In this document: in pieces, positions 1 to 64,000 of the stretch | Layout of the letters: each line of letters starts with the position of its first letter | Numbering within the stretch: the first letter of the stretch is position 1 | Assembly: GCA_044892525.1 (NCBI GenBank) | Contig: CM097885.1 | Coordinates: 24,802,001-24,866,000, forward strand | Reading direction: 5' to 3' | DNA length: 64,000 nucleotides | From: Schmidtea polychroa | Lineage: Eukaryota | The notes under the pieces: model-generated | What the model was told of the DNA's origin: nothing | What the model saw: only the letters and a program-made list of their open reading frames with translations | Databases searched by the model: none | Translations under genes and position numbers: made by a program

Positions 1-206
1 AATTAAGAAAAAGGAAATAAAAGATAGAAATGTATTTTCCGGAGGAGATTGATAAATTCCAGGAGATTGACAAGGATCTTATAGTCGAAATTTTTTCATT
101 AAATACATTATTTGCAGCAAAAGGCTTAAATTAGCACTTTATTGTTTTATATTATATTTATTATTATATTTATTATTATTATTTTCATTATTATTATTAT
201 TATTAC

Positions 207-278
<72 letters not shown>

Positions 279-1382
279 CAAATTTATTATTTTCTATACA
301 GGCTAAGTTGTATTTTTTATTCTCTATAATAGAAAAATATTTAATTAGTTATTACAGTAAAAACGAGAATTTTCTACTATCTATTTATTGGTAAGAAGGT
401 ATTTGTTTGATTTTGCTAATGCGAGAATGGGCTTCATGAGGAATTGGTTTTTATTGTTTGCATGTTAGTCTCCTAAATTTAGGATTTCTCACAAATAAAT
501 ATTCTTTATTTTGTAAAGAAATAACAATTTTAAAATAATAATATTTTTTTTTCTAATTTTTGCTGCTTGAAATGACTTAAGCATTGTTTAAATATTAATA
601 CATTTTACTTTTAAGGAAGTATGACTTTTGTAAATGTATTCCTTTGACTAATGTTTTATTCATTCTTCATTATCCCAACTAAGCAGATTCAGATTGAAAG
701 GGAATTTTTTATCCAACTCATTTAATCATGATTTCGCTTTAAGTATGAACATGCTACGGTTTTACTTACAAGGATTAAATCCATTTAAGCATAGTTTGAC
801 CATTTGCCTAGTAAATGTTCATTTTGATCTCTTAACTGGTCATTTGATATGTAATATTCAGATGTCTCAGCTTCGAAAAAGATTATATGATCTTCATAGT
901 TAGTGAACTGAGCTTACTGTGTCACCTCCCTTTGATTTTATATAATACTCGGGCGACTAATGATGACATAATCATACACACAATTAGTAATTATCCGATT
1001 TCACTTAACACATATAATTACGTAACCTATGGGTTTAACATAGAACAAGTTAGTACGTAATCAAACACACAATTACGTAATAGTAATATTTTGTTTTAAT
1101 AAAGTAGTCACCATTCATGTTGATGAATGTTAAGAGCTTTAATACGAGAATCGAAAATGAGTGGTCGAGTGAGGGATGTTAGGAAATTTAACTGGTCAGT
1201 ATCTATGATACAAAAGTTGGGAAATTTGAACGAGAGTTAACTAAAGCTGTGATATGTGAGTCTGGAAATGTCAGTAGTCGGTTGTGAGACTCGATGAAGC
1301 CTGTGATAGTTACGAAAACCGAGTGGATGGTCGAAGTGGATGATTTATTTCAATAAGTATTTAATTATTATTATCATTATTA

Positions 1383-2130
1383 TTATCTAACTGAGGAACA
1401 AAGCCGTTACTACCTTGAAACAGACGAGGTTGAACCGCATCGCCAAGTAAAATCAAAAAGTTCATAACAAAAGTGATGTTTATTGCAGTTATTGCTAGAC
1501 CTAGATTTGATACACATAAAAATGAAAGTTTTGATCGCAAAATTGGAATTTTGCCATTCATAAAAATGGAACCTGCAAAAAGGAAAAACAAAAATCGTAG
1601 TAAAGGTACTTCCTTTTCCACACCCATTGTGGTTGATAAAAAAGAGTAGCGCAAAATGGTGATTGAAAAAGTACTTCCACCAATTAAATCTAAGTGGGCT
1701 GGAAATATTTTAATGCATACCTCGTAATTTGTTGAATAAGGTTGTTTTATCTTTCCAAAATTGTATGATTAAAAGCATCAAAATCAATGAAGGAAACAAT
1801 TACAAGCAACCACATATGGCCAAGGATCGTCAAATCAACTATGGCAAGCTACCTGTATCTTTAGAAGTAAAAGCAAATGCTCTTTCCGTTCAAAATAAAT
1901 AAAAAGTTTCATTCTCTTTTTAAAAATATAGCACAAAAAAATTTAAAAATCTATCATAAGTGACGACAATACAAATAAATGTTTTTTATGCACTACCATT
2001 TTTAAGAAATAAAATTAATAAAAATATATCAAATTTTTTGAAAAATTTTCGATTTTTAAAGAAGCATATCCAGTAATATGAGACGAGAAAAACGGAGAAA
2101 ACTATTCAGTATTATGGGACAGATAGAGTA
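1383..2130 (+). mobile_element. DD39D (plant-type) mariner-like transposon relic with right TIR
   Basis: Frameshifted transposase: YLTEEQSRYYL..EPHR..KSK/FITKVMFIAVIARPRFD...KIGILPF...PAKR..KNR.KGT and LNKVVLSFQNCMI...GNNYKQPHMAK. Ends ATTATGGGACAGATAGAG|TA, a Stowaway-like TIR. Confidence 0.85.
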
Positions 2131-2512
2131 TAAATCTTAATCCCTTTCAGTAGTTTTGTATGCCGAATATCGTGTGCATGTCTCTAATCCAACCTAGTGG
2201 GATGGCTCTGCAAAAATTTATGGATATTTTAATGAAAATTTTAGTTACATAAGTAACTACACATAATTGATCATAGAGCCTACAAATTAGAATATGACCA
2301 GTGCGCGTGTATCAATATGTACTATCGAAAATGACTCTATCGAAGTAAGGCCATGACACGCAAGGTATAATTAATCCGGTAACATCACACAGTTCAAACT
2401 ACATCATGCTTCAATGATGTAGCTATTCTGATGTTATGACGAAAAAGTCTAAATATTGTACAGTATTTTATAATTTTCGAGTGAGGCATCAGTGAAGTCC
2501 ATCAAATGTTTT

Positions 2513-2641
2513 GTCTTTCAATCGTTCTGGATCTGTAAATGCAACGTAACTAGGAGGTGTACGGTTTCCCTTATAGTTTTGAACGATGTCAACTTTATCA
2601 CGTTGAATCACTCCAATAAAAACATAGAAAGTATCCAGATG
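2513..2641 (-). pseudogene. HSP70: HSP70 N-terminal fragment
   Basis: [41 protein letters not shown] resembles [41 protein letters not shown]. Confidence 0.8.
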
Positions 2642-3582
2642 GACATTTTTATAATTTTTCCTCAAAAAATACCTTTTTCAATTCCTAAAAAAGATTTTTT
2701 TTGTTTAAAATTATTTTCATTCGAAATTTCTCCAATATTAATAATTAACTTTTACATATACTTCTATGAATTTGGTCATTTTTCAAAATCAAAATGAACT
2801 CTAAATTTCCAGAAAAAGCAATCACAATTAAGCATTATAAAAATTTTTATTCTTTTTAACTACCCAAGACAAATTCTCAATTTTCTTTATTTACAAAAAT
2901 TACAAAATTCCTTTAATATCACTCAGATTTGTCCACTCACCTCTATTTTATTTCTCATTTCATATTTTCTTTACTAAACTTCTATTTACACTTCATTTTT
3001 GTTACTTATTTACATGGTAATTGAGTTTAATTTTTCAATACCATTTTCATCCGAATTGACAACTATGGAACAAATTACATTTGTTTAAATGAATTAAAAT
3101 TTTCATCTCAAGTGACATTAATTACAGGCAGGCGGGTGTTGAAGGTGTTTCAAAAATTTTTATTTAATTGCTAAAATTATGTTTTATTTGTTTAAATCAA
3201 TTCATAAGTACAATTGAGAATTTGGTAAACATTTATTGTTATTGATTTTCTATATGAAAATTTGGATTTCTCATTTGATTTATACGGTAAATTGAGAAAT
3301 TTCTCACGATAATTTGAAAATCAGTTTCAAATATATAAGAAAAAGTCTATTTTTATTCAGGAGAAATTATGAGAAATATTGAATGGTTGACTGACTTTGT
3401 CTCCGCTTATCACGTGAGACCATTTCTGTCAAAATAAGTTTTTTGAAAACAAAATATATCTGGTTCTCCTTTTTGGAGAAATTTCGATTTTGACCTATTT
3501 GTAAAAATTATCTAGGTCAAGTTTATAATTTCATGAAAATCTTTTGTAAAATCATAATTTCGCATGAATTTTCTTTCTAACC

Positions 3583-3684
<102 letters not shown>

Positions 3685-3685
3685 G

Positions 3686-62936
<59,251 letters not shown>

Positions 62937-63356
62937 GTGAGAATTTTTATATATTTCTATGGTTTTATTTATAGAGAAATAATTGAAATATTTTTTCACT
63001 TAATTGAAATTTGATAAATTATTTTAATATACAATGATACTTAATTTTTTGTTTTAATTTTATTTAAATATTTATTTAATAAAATAATACATATTTATAA
63101 TGAATGAGTGTTATTACTTAATATTATAATTATTTCATTTTTGTAATGTAACGCAACTTAAAAGATTGTCTGTCATACATTTGCTTGTTTGTTGAATCTT
63201 GTGTCCTACTAACCCTTAATCCTCGAGTAATAGTATTTAATCCGCGCTCGAGGCGATGAAATTGCTCGGTTCCTGTACTCGGTTCCGTACTACGGGTGGT
63301 GATTGTCAATTAGACTGTTATGCTTTGTTGTACTATTAATATATGTGAGTGTTTAC

Positions 63357-63614
63357 TTAATGTTTCTGACCTTGTTTATACCATTCCCCACCGAAGTATT
63401 TTCAAAACTTATATGATCCCACCGGTCCTTTTGAAGTAGCTGTCAAACTTCGATAATGAGTATTACCAAAAATAACGGTCGATCAAATTTCTTTATGCAC
63501 GTTATTATATTTAGACGTGACTGAGCATATTATATTAAAAAATACATATGTGGAATAGTTGATAATTTTGACGTATCTGCCTCTGAGACATACGCCCCAC
63601 CGTGGGAAATACTG
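63357..63614. mobile_element. hAT/Charlie-like MITE
   Basis: Degenerate CAGTGTTTC left end, GGGAAATACTG right end, flanks GTGTTTAC/GTGTATAC; paralog at 25743. Confidence 0.65.
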
Positions 63615-64000
63615 GTGTATACAATGAAAGAATAAGTGTGAAAGGTAAATAATCTCTATTGTAAAAAGATCATTGATGAATCGAAAATCTTTTATTAATT
63701 TTTAGTGTAAAATTCATAACCTCAAATTTAAAAATGAAAAAAATTAGCAATTACTTCTCAACCATTGATCCTGATAATAAAAAGACTAGAATATTAACAT
63801 ACAAAATGACAGAAAACAATAAACAAAGACGCCTGTTGATTTCTGTATCGGATGATGAAAAACAATAATGGACTTATGATCAAAAAACCAGTTTTCCTTG
63901 AAAATGAATTTTTCTGCGTTTGTAAAATGAAAATTGACTGTATGGGTTGTAAGGAGTTAGTAAACCTCTATATAAAATTATTATGGTTAAATGGTAGAAG

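Noticed and set aside
1361..1654. Minus-strand 97-aa ORF as a gene
   Set aside because: It is the antisense shadow of the + strand DD39D transposase relic.

Overview
Very AT-rich eukaryotic (animal) genomic DNA with long (ATT)n and (TA)n microsatellites and short 42-50 nt introns. A planarian-like flatworm origin is plausible but is only my inference. The window lies inside one large + strand gene of the ELKS/ERC/CAST (Bruchpilot-related) active-zone family: 14 phase-consistent coding exons run from 3686 to 62936, with neither start nor stop in the window. The introns are packed with transposon relics: DD39D mariner, Merlin, several hATs, MULE/FLYWCH, Chapaev-like, piggyBac, Helitron, mariner, and Penelope elements with hammerhead-like motifs. 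They also contain host gene fragments (HSP70 and an in-frame proteasome-alpha/actin chimera). The standout feature is a 12.2-kb element (29654-41879) with AGTAGT...ACTACT ends, a 6-bp TSD (TAATAG) and giant ~4.5-4.9 kb inverted arms. It has Polinton/Maverick-type ends but no recognisable integrase, polymerase or capsid gene. It carries arrays of AP-1/NR5A-like sites, a six-copy promoter/leader-like module, a frameshifted IAP-type RING gene in both arms, a small membrane peptide ORF and a fossil repeat-protein gene. An uninterrupted paralog of its insertion site is present at ~58650-58860. All calls were made by eye; no database searches were run.
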